64,000 nt of DNA from Opitutales bacterium (GTDB lineage: Bacteria; Verrucomicrobiota; Verrucomicrobiia; Opitutales; JAVBMG01), in assembly GCA_031552815.1 (NCBI GenBank), contig JAVBMG010000014.1, forward strand, positions 77,251 to 141,250, read 5' to 3'. The translations under genes were made by a program, and so were the position numbers. Numbering within the stretch: the first letter of the stretch is position 1; each line of letters begins with the position of its first letter. The notes beneath the pieces were generated by a model. The model was not told the DNA's origin, did no database searches, and saw nothing but the letters and a program-made list of their open reading frames with translations. Of the stretch, positions 8,620 through 18,014 are shown in pieces.

Positions 8620-11211
8620 ATGCGCATTTCTACTTTTCTTCTATCAATACTGTTTTCATTGACTCTGCATGCCTCCGAGCGCGTTGCCTTCAACGACGAT
8701 TGGCGTTTTAAGATGAACGATCAGGAAGGAGTGCAAGACCAGCTTACTTATGACACAATCAGAACCTGGCTTCTCCCTTCCGCCAATGAATTTCTGAATC
8801 CGGAAAAACAACATCCTGTTCCCGAGGGAAAACTGAAAGCACGCATTGATTACGCAAACAACGATTTCGACGACAATGATTGGCGTGTTTTGAATTTGCC
8901 GCACGATTGGGGTGTTGAAGGTGAGTTCAAACAGGAGTATCCGGGAGAAACCGGAAAACTCGCCTGGTGGGGCATCGCCTGGTACCGCAAGACACTTGAA
9001 CTGTCTCCAGACGAAATGAGACAGAAATATTTCCTGGATATCGATGGCGCCATGTCCTATGCAACCGTCTGGTGCAACGGACAGTTCACCGGCGGACGTC
9101 CGTATGGCTATGCTTCTTTCCGGGTAGATTTGACACCGTTTCTCTCTGCCGGAAAAAACACCATCGCTATCCGCTTAAATAATCCCCAGGAATCGGCCCG
9201 CTGGTATCCGGGCGGCGGCATTTACCGTAATGTCTGGCTGGTGAAAGCATCGCCCGTACATGTCACGCATTGGGGAACCCAAGTAACGACAAACGCTGTT
9301 TCGAAAACAAGCGCTGCGATTTCTGTTGAGTGCAAGGTACAAAATGAATCTTCCGAGACGGTGCATGCTACCGTCACAAATGCCATCTATGCATTGGGTA
9401 AAGATGGCAGCATCAGCGGCGATGCACTGCTTTCATTCCCAAAGAAAACGATTGCACTGAAACCGGGTTTCCATGCTACCGCTTCTGCGGAAAGCACTCT
9501 GGACAATCCCGCGCTATGGAATCTGGACAATCCCGTACGTTACACCGTTGTCACCACCATTGAAAGTAACGGAGAAATCCTTGATCGGCATGAAACCGCT
9601 TTTGGTATACGAAGCATCGAATTCACAGCCGACAAAGGATTCTTTTTGAATGGCGAACCGGTTTACCTGAAAGGTGTTTGCATGCATCATGACCTCGGAG
9701 CGTTGGGCGCAGCGGTACATCTTCGCGCACTTGAAAGACAATTGGAGATTTTAAAGGAAATGGGCTGCAACGCCATCCGTACCACCCATAACCCGCCCAC
9801 TCCGGAGCTTGCTGAACTTTGCGACCGCATGGGTATTTTATTGATCGTCGAGTTTTTTGACATGTGGCAAGAGGCAAAGAAAGCCAACGACTACCATAAG
9901 TATTTTAACGACTGGCACGAGGCTGATGTCCGCTCCATTATACGTCACTTCCGCAACCATCCGTCAGTGATCGCATGGAGCCTGGGCAATGAAGTACCGG
10001 AACAAAACAAGGATTCCGGCAGAACCATTGCACGGAATCTGTCGCAAATGATAAAGGAAGAAGACGGCACACGCCCCAGTACGATTGGCTGCAATTACGT
10101 TGAATCAGGATTCGAAGGCATGCAGCAGATTGTTGATCTCTTCGGTTATAATTACAAACCGCACACATACAGAAAATTCATTGAGCATAATCCCGGTAAA
10201 CCGCTTTACGGAAGCGAAACCGCATCCTGCGTCAGCACGCGCGGGTTTTATGTATTTCCCGTAAGTGAGAACAATGACGCATGCAAAGCCGACTTTCAGG
10301 TCAGTTCCTACGATCTCTGCGCAACCCCTTGGTCCCAAATACCCGAAATAGAGTTTAAGGATCAGGATGCAAATCCTTCTGTTCTGGGCGAATTCGTCTG
10401 GACGGGCTTTGACTACCTTGGCGAACCGACACCCTACCACAGTGATTCAACGATTCTTTTGAACTACAGCGATCCCGAAGCACGCAAGGCCGCCGAAAAA
10501 GAACTCCAATCGTTGGGGAAAATCAACGTCCCCTCGCGCAGCTCCTACTTCGGAATCATTGATCTGGCAGGCTTCAAAAAAGATCGTTTTTATTTGTACC
10601 AGGCACGCTGGCGTCCTGATTTTCCCATGGCACATATCCTGCCGCATTGGAATTGGGAAAACCGCACCGGACAAATCACACCGGTCCATGTTTATACTTC
10701 CGGCGACGAAGCAGAACTCTTTCTTAACGGAAAATCACTCGGACGGAAAAAGAAAGGACAATACGAGTACCGCCTGCGTTGGGATGACGTCGTCTATGAG
10801 CCAGGAACGCTTCATGTTATTGCATATAAAGAAGGAAAAACCTGGGCAGAAGATTCCATGCGCACCGCAGGAACTCCGGCTTCCATTGCCTTGGAAAGCG
10901 ATCATCCGACAATCAGGGCAGACGGCAAGGATTTGGTTTTCGTGACGGTAAAACTGCTTGATACCAAAGGGATTTTTGTTCCTGACGCGGATAATTCCTT
11001 AACATTTTCTGTCAGTGACAATGCGGAGATTCTGGCAACCGACAACGGGAATCCGATTGATCACACGGCCTTTACATCGCATACACGCCAGGCATTCAAT
11101 GGCATGGCGCTCGTTATCATCCGTGCCAGAAAAGATCAATCCGGTGAAATACAACTCCATGTTACCGCCGAAGGTCTCAAGCCGTCAGACATTCGCGTAA
11201 AAATCAGATAA
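8620..11211 (+). CDS. Glycoside hydrolase family 2 (beta-galactosidase-like), secreted
   Basis: ATG 8620 gives the signal peptide MRISTFLLSILFSLTLHA. GH2 sugar-binding, Ig-like and TIM domains are recognisable (WYRK..., NAIRTTHNP, WSLGNE). Confidence 0.85.
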   Translation: MRISTFLLSILFSLTLHASERVAFNDDWRFKMNDQEGVQDQLTYDTIRTWLLPSANEFLNPEKQHPVPEGKLKARIDYANNDFDDNDWRVLNLPHDWGVEGEFKQEYPGETGKLAWWGIAWYRKTLELSPDEMRQKYFLDIDGAMSYATVWCNGQFTGGRPYGYASFRVDLTPFLSAGKNTIAIRLNNPQESARWYPGGGIYRNVWLVKASPVHVTHWGTQVTTNAVSKTSAAISVECKVQNESSETVHATVTNAIYALGKDGSISGDALLSFPKKTIALKPGFHATASAESTLDNPALWNLDNPVRYTVVTTIESNGEILDRHETAFGIRSIEFTADKGFFLNGEPVYLKGVCMHHDLGALGAAVHLRALERQLEILKEMGCNAIRTTHNPPTPELAELCDRMGILLIVEFFDMWQEAKKANDYHKYFNDWHEADVRSIIRHFRNHPSVIAWSLGNEVPEQNKDSGRTIARNLSQMIKEEDGTRPSTIGCNYVESGFEGMQQIVDLFGYNYKPHTYRKFIEHNPGKPLYGSETASCVSTRGFYVFPVSENNDACKADFQVSSYDLCATPWSQIPEIEFKDQDANPSVLGEFVWTGFDYLGEPTPYHSDSTILLNYSDPEARKAAEKELQSLGKINVPSRSSYFGIIDLAGFKKDRFYLYQARWRPDFPMAHILPHWNWENRTGQITPVHVYTSGDEAELFLNGKSLGRKKKGQYEYRLRWDDVVYEPGTLHVIAYKEGKTWAEDSMRTAGTPASIALESDHPTIRADGKDLVFVTVKLLDTKGIFVPDADNSLTFSVSDNAEILATDNGNPIDHTAFTSHTRQAFNGMALVIIRARKDQSGEIQLHVTAEGLKPSDIRVKIR

Positions 11212-11263
11212 CCGGATTATCCTTTGCTACACGGTGAATACTTTCGTTAGCAACCGAACTCCT

Positions 11264-11455
11264 TCAGCAACACCGCATGGTCATCAGAATCTTGCTGAAA
11301 TCCTTCTGTTCGGCATCCTGTTTTCTTATCCAGAAATGTAACATTCCGCAATCGCCCCAAATCATTCCGACATCTCTATCACTGTCCAACTGCAATAATA
11401 GCTCCCAATCGGACATTTCTTTTCTGATTGCTTCGATACGCAGGTCTATGTCCAC
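11264..11455 (-). pseudogene. C-terminal remnant of a DUF1963 (YwqG-like) protein
   Basis: The 63-aa ORF WELLLQLDSDRDVGMIWGDCGMLHFWI matches only the C-terminal end of about 250-aa YwqG-type proteins. No upstream coding continuation is present. Confidence 0.4.
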
Positions 11456-11558
11456 ATTTTTGTAATACTTTAAATCACATCGGCCATGATCTCTCGCCGC
11501 CTCCGGTAAATCTTCTTTTTATTTAAGGATTTCTGTTCTACTATTTCCTGTTTTGATT

Positions 11559-12854
11559 ATGTCCTTTCAGGAAATACAGGATTATCTTTTCAATCTGCGG
11601 AATAAAGGTTCGCGGATGGGGCTTGAGCGCATGACAGCACTCTCCGAAGCCATCGGGCATCCTGAGAAAACATTTCCGTGCATTCATGTCGCCGGAACCA
11701 ACGGGAAAGGTTCCACCTGCGCAATGCTTGAGTCCATCTACCGCGGACACGGGCTGCGTGTCGGACTATACACATCACCGCACCTTGTTTACCTCGGCGA
11801 ACGCATCCAGGTAAACCGCAAAGCCATCACCGAAACGGAAATCATGCAGGCGGTAGCATGGCTTAAACCGATCGCGGCAAAAGTTGCCGGAAAGGACGAA
11901 TCGCTCCATGCAACGTTTTTCGAGTTCATGACAGCAATCGCCTTCCGTCATTTCGCCGAGCAAAAAGTGGATATTGCCATCATTGAAACCGGTTTGGGCG
12001 GCCGCCTGGACTCTACAAACATCGTCTCTCCGCTTGCCAGCGTAATTACCTCTATCGGTCTTGACCATCAGGAATATCTGGGAAACACGATTGAAGCGAT
12101 TGCCTTTGAAAAAGCCGGTATCATCAAGGACGATACACCGCTGATTATCGGCAAAATGCCCGCGAACGCCGAAGCGGTCATCCGGGAAATAGCAATGCAA
12201 AAGAAAGCGGCTGTCTATTCCGTGAACACGGTTTTCGGCGAAACCATCAACCCTGCTTTCCCGGTCACGAACCTGCGCGGTTCTTTTCAACGGGTTAATG
12301 CCGCGGTAGCATCACTGACAGTTGATACCCTTCAAAAACATGTTTCCGTTTCCAAGGAAACGGTAGCCTCAGCCCTGAAAAAAGTCCGTTGGGACGGACG
12401 CTGGCAGGAGATGCCCCTGGACGGAAACAAAACACTTGTCCTGGACGGAAGCCACAACGAAGAAGGCGTGGCGAACATCGAGGAATTACTGAGCGAATGG
12501 GTCAGCGATACCGGCATTAAACCGCTTATCATTGCGAGTTCGATGACAGACTACCGTGCGGAAAAATTATTTCCCGTACTCGGAAAATTTGCCGAGAAAT
12601 TATCATTGATCGAGGTGAATGCCGGCCGAGGACTCCATGCCACGCAAATGCTCGCTTATGCTGCCAAAGCAAAGATTACCTGTCCGGCAGAAGGCATCAC
12701 CTGGGATCAATTACTGACACAGGAGGGAAAACTTACGGACAGTTTTTCCGGTAAAAATATCCTGGTAACAGGCTCGCTTTATCTGATCGGCGAATTCATG
12801 CAACGTTTCCACCCCGATAAAAAGCAGACACTGCATCTTCAGGACAAACTGTGA
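11559..12854 (+). CDS. folC: Bifunctional folylpolyglutamate synthase / dihydrofolate synthase
   Basis: HVAGTNGKGST P-loop and Mur-ligase fold motifs. The first ATG is at 11559. Confidence 0.85.
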   Translation: MSFQEIQDYLFNLRNKGSRMGLERMTALSEAIGHPEKTFPCIHVAGTNGKGSTCAMLESIYRGHGLRVGLYTSPHLVYLGERIQVNRKAITETEIMQAVAWLKPIAAKVAGKDESLHATFFEFMTAIAFRHFAEQKVDIAIIETGLGGRLDSTNIVSPLASVITSIGLDHQEYLGNTIEAIAFEKAGIIKDDTPLIIGKMPANAEAVIREIAMQKKAAVYSVNTVFGETINPAFPVTNLRGSFQRVNAAVASLTVDTLQKHVSVSKETVASALKKVRWDGRWQEMPLDGNKTLVLDGSHNEEGVANIEELLSEWVSDTGIKPLIIASSMTDYRAEKLFPVLGKFAEKLSLIEVNAGRGLHATQMLAYAAKAKITCPAEGITWDQLLTQEGKLTDSFSGKNILVTGSLYLIGEFMQRFHPDKKQTLHLQDKL

Positions 12855-12936
12855 ATTTGTTCCTGAGAAAAATCCATCAGATGCAACCGAATCATGGATT
12901 ACAGGAAAATACAGGGTTGCGCCCGTGCTTTTCAGC

Positions 12937-13683
12937 TTACATCTCGAAATTCTCGCCGAGATAAAACTTCCGGCTTTGCGGATCACTCACCAGAAAATCG
13001 GCATTACCTTCCGCAAGCACTTCTCCCTGGTGAATCAGGTAAGCACGGTCGACAACACTCAGGGTTTCGCGGACATTATGGTCGGTTATCAGGATGCCGT
13101 ATCCGCGTTCGCGGAGTCTTCGCACGATGTCCTGCACCTCTGCCACGCTGATTGGGTCAACGCCGCTGAATGGTTCATCCATCAATAAAAATTTCGGTCC
13201 GGGAATCAAGGCGCGCGAAATCTCAAGACGACGGCGTTCACCTCCGCTCAGCGTATACGCCATTTGATCGGAAAGATGACTGAGCCGCATTTCTTCCAGG
13301 TGCTGGCCGACATGAACCTTACGCTGCTTGGAACTCATTTTCAGCGTTTCGGCAATCGCCATCAGATTATTCCAGACACTCAGCTTACGGAAAGCGGAAG
13401 GTTCCTGGGGAAGATAACCGACCCCGATACGCGCACGCTTGTACATGGGATAATCGGTCACATCCAGGTCATTGTAAAGAACACGGCCTGCGGTCGACTG
13501 AATCAACCCGACAATCATGTAAAATGTTGTTGTTTTCCCCGCTCCGTTCGGTCCAAGCAAGCCGACAATTTCGCCGCGGTTCACGGTAACATCCACTTTG
13601 TTGACAACGGTCCGTTTACCGTAAACCTTAACCAGTTTATCGGTGCGGATAGTTGTAAAATCGTCGTTGTTTACGTTTGCCAT
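12937..13683 (-). CDS. lptB: LPS export ABC transporter ATP-binding protein
   Basis: GPNGAGKTT Walker A motif, LSGGERRRLEI signature, and length and context next to lptA. Confidence 0.9.
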   Translation of the reverse strand: MANVNNDDFTTIRTDKLVKVYGKRTVVNKVDVTVNRGEIVGLLGPNGAGKTTTFYMIVGLIQSTAGRVLYNDLDVTDYPMYKRARIGVGYLPQEPSAFRKLSVWNNLMAIAETLKMSSKQRKVHVGQHLEEMRLSHLSDQMAYTLSGGERRRLEISRALIPGPKFLLMDEPFSGVDPISVAEVQDIVRRLRERGYGILITDHNVRETLSVVDRAYLIHQGEVLAEGNADFLVSDPQSRKFYLGENFEM

Positions 13684-13686
13684 GGA

Positions 13687-14259
13687 TTACTTCTTCTTGT
13701 TGTCGTTGAGCCCGCCCAGGTCAGGGATTTCATCCAGGATAACCGTCGGACGCTCGGTTTTGTCGGGAGCAGAAATGAATTCCGCCTCGCCTTTTCCCTG
13801 ATGGAAACGTATTTCGTGCGCACTGGCAACGGTTCCCTTCTTAAGATCGCGTAACACGGGACTGATTTTTAAAACGATCACGCCGTTATTTTTTCCGGTA
13901 GGATCGGGTTTCTTTTCAAATCCCATCGGATAGATTTCAGCGCGTCCGGCGGTAGCATCGCGGTCGTCCTGAATAATATGAACATTTCCGGTCGCGATGA
14001 TTTCTTCCATGTTTCCGACATCATTGTCAGACTTCTGTCCTTCGACTTTCACGCTCAATGCCTCCAGCGAGTCACAGGTCACTTTCAGATTTGTTCCGGT
14101 AATCACGACGTTTCCCGTGAGATAGAAGCGTGTCTTTTCGTCTTCCGTTTTTATTTTCAGAAAATCACCTTTGAACACGGTCTGCTCTTTTTTTGCCTGT
14201 CCGAAAGAGACAGTTGCGCAAACAAACAAAACCGAGAAAAGTAGAATAATGTGTTTCAT
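13687..14259 (-). CDS. lptA: LptA/OstA-like periplasmic LPS transport protein
   Basis: Signal peptide and an OstA-like beta-jellyroll repeat pattern. It lies immediately upstream of lptB. Confidence 0.65.
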   Translation of the reverse strand: MKHIILLFSVLFVCATVSFGQAKKEQTVFKGDFLKIKTEDEKTRFYLTGNVVITGTNLKVTCDSLEALSVKVEGQKSDNDVGNMEEIIATGNVHIIQDDRDATAGRAEIYPMGFEKKPDPTGKNNGVIVLKISPVLRDLKKGTVASAHEIRFHQGKGEAEFISAPDKTERPTVILDEIPDLGGLNDNKKK

Positions 14260-14708
14260 TTTAGTTTGATAAATTCGTTTATTTCCTGAGCAAAGACGAT
14301 TTCCACATCCTTGCGGATTTCAATGGTTTTTTCCTTGTCGTACCATTGCCAGTTTTTACCCGAAACGGTGTAGCCGGGACCTGCAACGTAAATGTCACTG
14401 GGCCCGGAAGCCGTGCTGTTTTTTACGTCAATTTTCGCCAGCGGGCTTTTTATCGTTACTTGCCGGATGTTGGCAGCATTACCGCTGAAGGTCCTCAGTT
14501 CCATCTCGTTGATGTCAATGATTTGCCTGTCCTCCGAATAACCGGCGGCTTCGTGTCCGCGCAATTCCCATAATTTGTAACCGGTCTCATCATCATACTT
14601 CGGCAGGACAAAATCCTCCATCGGCGCAAGTGTTTTGATCTGCGCAAACACTGCCATTCCGCCAAGGAAAAGCAATGCTACCGCCACTATGTTACCGCCA
14701 AGTTTCAT
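14256..14708 (-). CDS. LptC-like membrane-anchored protein
   Basis: N-terminal anchor, about 150 aa, and position directly upstream of lptA with an ATGA start/stop overlap. Sequence similarity was not verified. Confidence 0.4.
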   Translation of the reverse strand: MKLGGNIVAVALLFLGGMAVFAQIKTLAPMEDFVLPKYDDETGYKLWELRGHEAAGYSEDRQIIDINEMELRTFSGNAANIRQVTIKSPLAKIDVKNSTASGPSDIYVAGPGYTVSGKNWQWYDKEKTIEIRKDVEIVFAQEINEFIKLK

Positions 14709-14995
14709 TGAAAATCGTATACGCGTACCTTGTCGACGAGTTTTCTGACCACATTCTCCGTAAAGGCCTTATGCAAGGGATGTGTCTGATATGCATCCGC
14801 ACCGGCAGCATCGTCAAACAGCATGGAGATACCGACCGAATAGGAACTATCCACCACAGGACGCTCACTCGGGATCGGTAAACCTGCCTGCAAATACTTT
14901 GCGGTAGGAATTACGGCGAGTTTTTTCGCTTCCTCGAGAATGGTTTTCGTCATCTCCGGCTCTCTTGCCCAAAGTAAAACAATATGGGTGATCAT
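14705..14995 (-). CDS. Dabb (stress-responsive A/B barrel) family protein
   Basis: MITHIVLLW...HPLHKAF...VRVYDF pattern. Its stop overlaps the start of the lptC-like gene (ATGA). Confidence 0.7.
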   Translation of the reverse strand: MITHIVLLWAREPEMTKTILEEAKKLAVIPTAKYLQAGLPIPSERPVVDSSYSVGISMLFDDAAGADAYQTHPLHKAFTENVVRKLVDKVRVYDFQ

Positions 14996-15084
14996 CCTAG
15001 AAATATCGCCAAGAAAGCTTATCAAATCAAACCTTTTTAAAAGGCGTTACCCAACCGGCAACGCATCAACAATAGCGGTTCTTC

Positions 15085-16887
15085 CTATTCCGTGTTCTTC
15101 AAGACCTGAATAAAGGCTTCCTGAGGAATCGACACTTTACCGATCTGCTTCATCCGTTTCTTCCCTTCCTTCTGCTTTTCAAGCAACTTGCGTTTACGGG
15201 TAATATCACCGCCGTAACACTTGGCGGTAACATCCTTGCGCAATGCGCTGATCGTTTCGCGCGCAACTACCTTGCCCCCGATGGCAGCCTGAATCGCCAC
15301 CTTATACATCTGTGCCGGCAGAATTTCCTTTAACTTGGCGCAAAGCTGACGTCCGCGCGATTCCGCTTTTGCCCGGTGAACGATCGAAGAAAACGCATCG
15401 ACAGGGTCTGTATTTACCAGAATCTCCAAACGGACAAGATCGGAAACTATGTACTCGCCCATTTCGTAGTCCATCGAGCCGTAACCGCGAGTAATGCTTT
15501 TCAGACGGTCATTGAAATCCACCAGGATCTCGTTCAACGGCAGCATGCATTTGAGCATCACACGAGTTTCGTCAATTGTCTCCGTGTGGTCACAGTTTCC
15601 GCGTTTTTCCGAGATCAATGCAAGCATGTCGCCGATACAATCGTTCGGCGTGTGGATCGTTGCGCGTATCGTCGGTTCCTCAATGGTGTCTATAGTGGAA
15701 ATTTCCGGCAACATGACCGGATTATCGACTTCCAGCTTGGAACCATCTGTCAAAGTTACTTTATAAACAACGCTAGGATAAGTGGAAATAATATCCAGAC
15801 TGTACTCGCGGCGAATACGTTCCTGAATGATTTCCATGTGCAGCAGGCCGAGGAATCCGCAACGGAACCCGAATCCCAAGGCAACCGAGCTTTCAGCCTG
15901 ATAAACAAACGCGGCGTCATTCAGGCGCAGCTTTGCGATGCTCGTCTTTAACTTCTCATAGTCGGAAGTATCCAGCGGATAAATGCCGCTGAAAACCATC
16001 GGACGGACTTCCTTGTATCCTGGCAACATGTCTGTGGCAGGACTGTGCAAATGCGTGATCGTATCGCCCAGCTTGATTTCGGAAACATCGCGGATATTCG
16101 TCACAATATAACCTACCTGGCCCGGACCGAGTTCGTCCTGCGCAACCATTTCGGGAGCGAAGCGCCCGATTTCCTTGACCTCCGTCTTGCTTCCCGTGCT
16201 CATCATCAGCACCTGATCGCCTTTTTTAATGGTACCGGAAAAGATTCTGACATAACAAATAACACCTTTATACGTATCGAAAACACTGTCAAAGACCAGG
16301 GCGCGCGTACCGTTGTAATCACTCCAGCGCGGCTGAGGAACACGGTCAACCACAGCATTCAGAATGTCGGAGATACCGATTCCCGACTTGCCGGAAGCTA
16401 AAATGGCGTCTTCCGCGGGAATCGCCAGGACATCTTCCAACTGGCGCGAGACCCCCTCAGGATTTGCACTCGGCAAATCGACTTTATTAATGACCGGAAT
16501 AATGAATAGATTCTGGTTCATTGCCAGCGTGGCATTTGCCACGGTCTGGGCCTCAACGCCCTGCGCAGCGTCAATCAGAAGCAACGCCCCTTCGCAGGCA
16601 GCCAACGACCGGGAAACCTCGTAGGAAAAATCCACGTGCCCGGGCGTATCAATGAGGTTCAGGCGAAACTCACCCTTGGTCGGGTGCTTGTAAATCATGG
16701 ACACCGGATGGCTCTTGATAGTGATCCCGCGTTCGCGTTCCAGATCCATCGAATCAAGCAACTGTTCCTGCATCTCGCGCTTTGCTACCGTCTGGGTTGA
16801 TTCCAGCAAACGATCCGAGAGCGTCGTTTTACCATGATCAACGTGCGCGATAATACAAAAATTCCGTGTCCTTGAAAGTTCGTCCAT
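15085..16887 (-). CDS. lepA: Translation elongation factor 4
   Basis: NFCIIAHVDHGKTTL and DTPGHVDF motifs plus the LepA C-terminal domain. ATG 16887 is preferred; the ORF runs to 16938. Confidence 0.95.
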   Translation of the reverse strand: MDELSRTRNFCIIAHVDHGKTTLSDRLLESTQTVAKREMQEQLLDSMDLERERGITIKSHPVSMIYKHPTKGEFRLNLIDTPGHVDFSYEVSRSLAACEGALLLIDAAQGVEAQTVANATLAMNQNLFIIPVINKVDLPSANPEGVSRQLEDVLAIPAEDAILASGKSGIGISDILNAVVDRVPQPRWSDYNGTRALVFDSVFDTYKGVICYVRIFSGTIKKGDQVLMMSTGSKTEVKEIGRFAPEMVAQDELGPGQVGYIVTNIRDVSEIKLGDTITHLHSPATDMLPGYKEVRPMVFSGIYPLDTSDYEKLKTSIAKLRLNDAAFVYQAESSVALGFGFRCGFLGLLHMEIIQERIRREYSLDIISTYPSVVYKVTLTDGSKLEVDNPVMLPEISTIDTIEEPTIRATIHTPNDCIGDMLALISEKRGNCDHTETIDETRVMLKCMLPLNEILVDFNDRLKSITRGYGSMDYEMGEYIVSDLVRLEILVNTDPVDAFSSIVHRAKAESRGRQLCAKLKEILPAQMYKVAIQAAIGGKVVARETISALRKDVTAKCYGGDITRKRKLLEKQKEGKKRMKQIGKVSIPQEAFIQVLKNTE

Positions 16888-17118
16888 AACTGCTAAAACG
16901 CATGGATAAAATCGATCTTCCGCCTTGGAAGCAAGCACAGAGATTCAGGAATACGCTTTGACGAACGGGAACAGAACGACTCGCAGCCAAACAACGGTAG
17001 CATGCGTTTCCCCAAAGCAGCCTCATGGCTGCATGATTTATGACCTTTTCCATGCTACACCATTGATATAAAAATTATTTGCGCTGACCTGAAAAATCCG
17101 TGTAAAATCACCTACTAT

Positions 17119-17967
17119 ATGAAGACACAGGTTGTTTCCACGGTTGAAGAAATGCAAAAGATCTGCATGACGCTACGCGCGCAGGGAAAACGTATCGGTC
17201 TTGTTCCGACAATGGGTGCGCTCCATGACGGACATGTTTCGCTCATAAAGCAGATAAAACCGCATGCGGACATTATTGTGGTCTCGGTTTTTGTGAATCC
17301 GATCCAGTTCGGCCCGAATGAAGATTTCTCACGTTATCCCCGCCCCTTTGACGAAGATGCCAAGAAATGCGAGACTGAAGGCGTTGATTACATTTTCTCA
17401 CCCGAAGCGTCCAACTTCTATGAACCGAACGCCTCCACTTATGTCGTCGAGGAATCCTGTTCAGAGGGACTTTGCGGCATTTCCCGACCGGGACATTTCA
17501 AGGGCGTAGCCACGGTTGTCGCAAAACTGTTCAATGTAACTGTTCCCCATGTTGCTATTTTCGGAAAAAAAGACGCGCAGCAACTCGCTGTCATCAGGCG
17601 GATGGTACGCGATTTGAATTTCCCGATAGAAATCATCGGCGCACCCATCATACGCGAATCCGACGGACTGGCCATGAGCTCGCGCAACCGCTACCTCACG
17701 TCGAAGCAGCGTTCCGATGCTACCGTCATCCCGCGCAGTCTCAACCGGGCGAAGGAAATGGTGGCAAAGGGGGTACTAAGCAGCGACCGCATCATTTCCG
17801 AGGTGCAGCATATGCTGAATGATATGTTGAACATCCGCGTCATTTATGCGGTCGTTGTCGATCCCGACACCATGAAACCGCTCAAGGAAGTCGTCCCCGG
17901 CAAATCGCTGCTGGCGGTAGCTTTATGGATGGACCGCGTCCGCCTGATTGACAACACGGATTTGTAA
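17119..17967 (+). CDS. panC: Pantoate--beta-alanine ligase
   Basis: PTMGALHDGHVSL, FVNPIQF and SSRN motifs. Confidence 0.9.
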   Translation: MKTQVVSTVEEMQKICMTLRAQGKRIGLVPTMGALHDGHVSLIKQIKPHADIIVVSVFVNPIQFGPNEDFSRYPRPFDEDAKKCETEGVDYIFSPEASNFYEPNASTYVVEESCSEGLCGISRPGHFKGVATVVAKLFNVTVPHVAIFGKKDAQQLAVIRRMVRDLNFPIEIIGAPIIRESDGLAMSSRNRYLTSKQRSDATVIPRSLNRAKEMVAKGVLSSDRIISEVQHMLNDMLNIRVIYAVVVDPDTMKPLKEVVPGKSLLAVALWMDRVRLIDNTDL

Positions 17968-18014
17968 TCGTCCCCAATAAAAATCCGAAAAAAATCTCAT
18001 CAGGATTCTCATTC

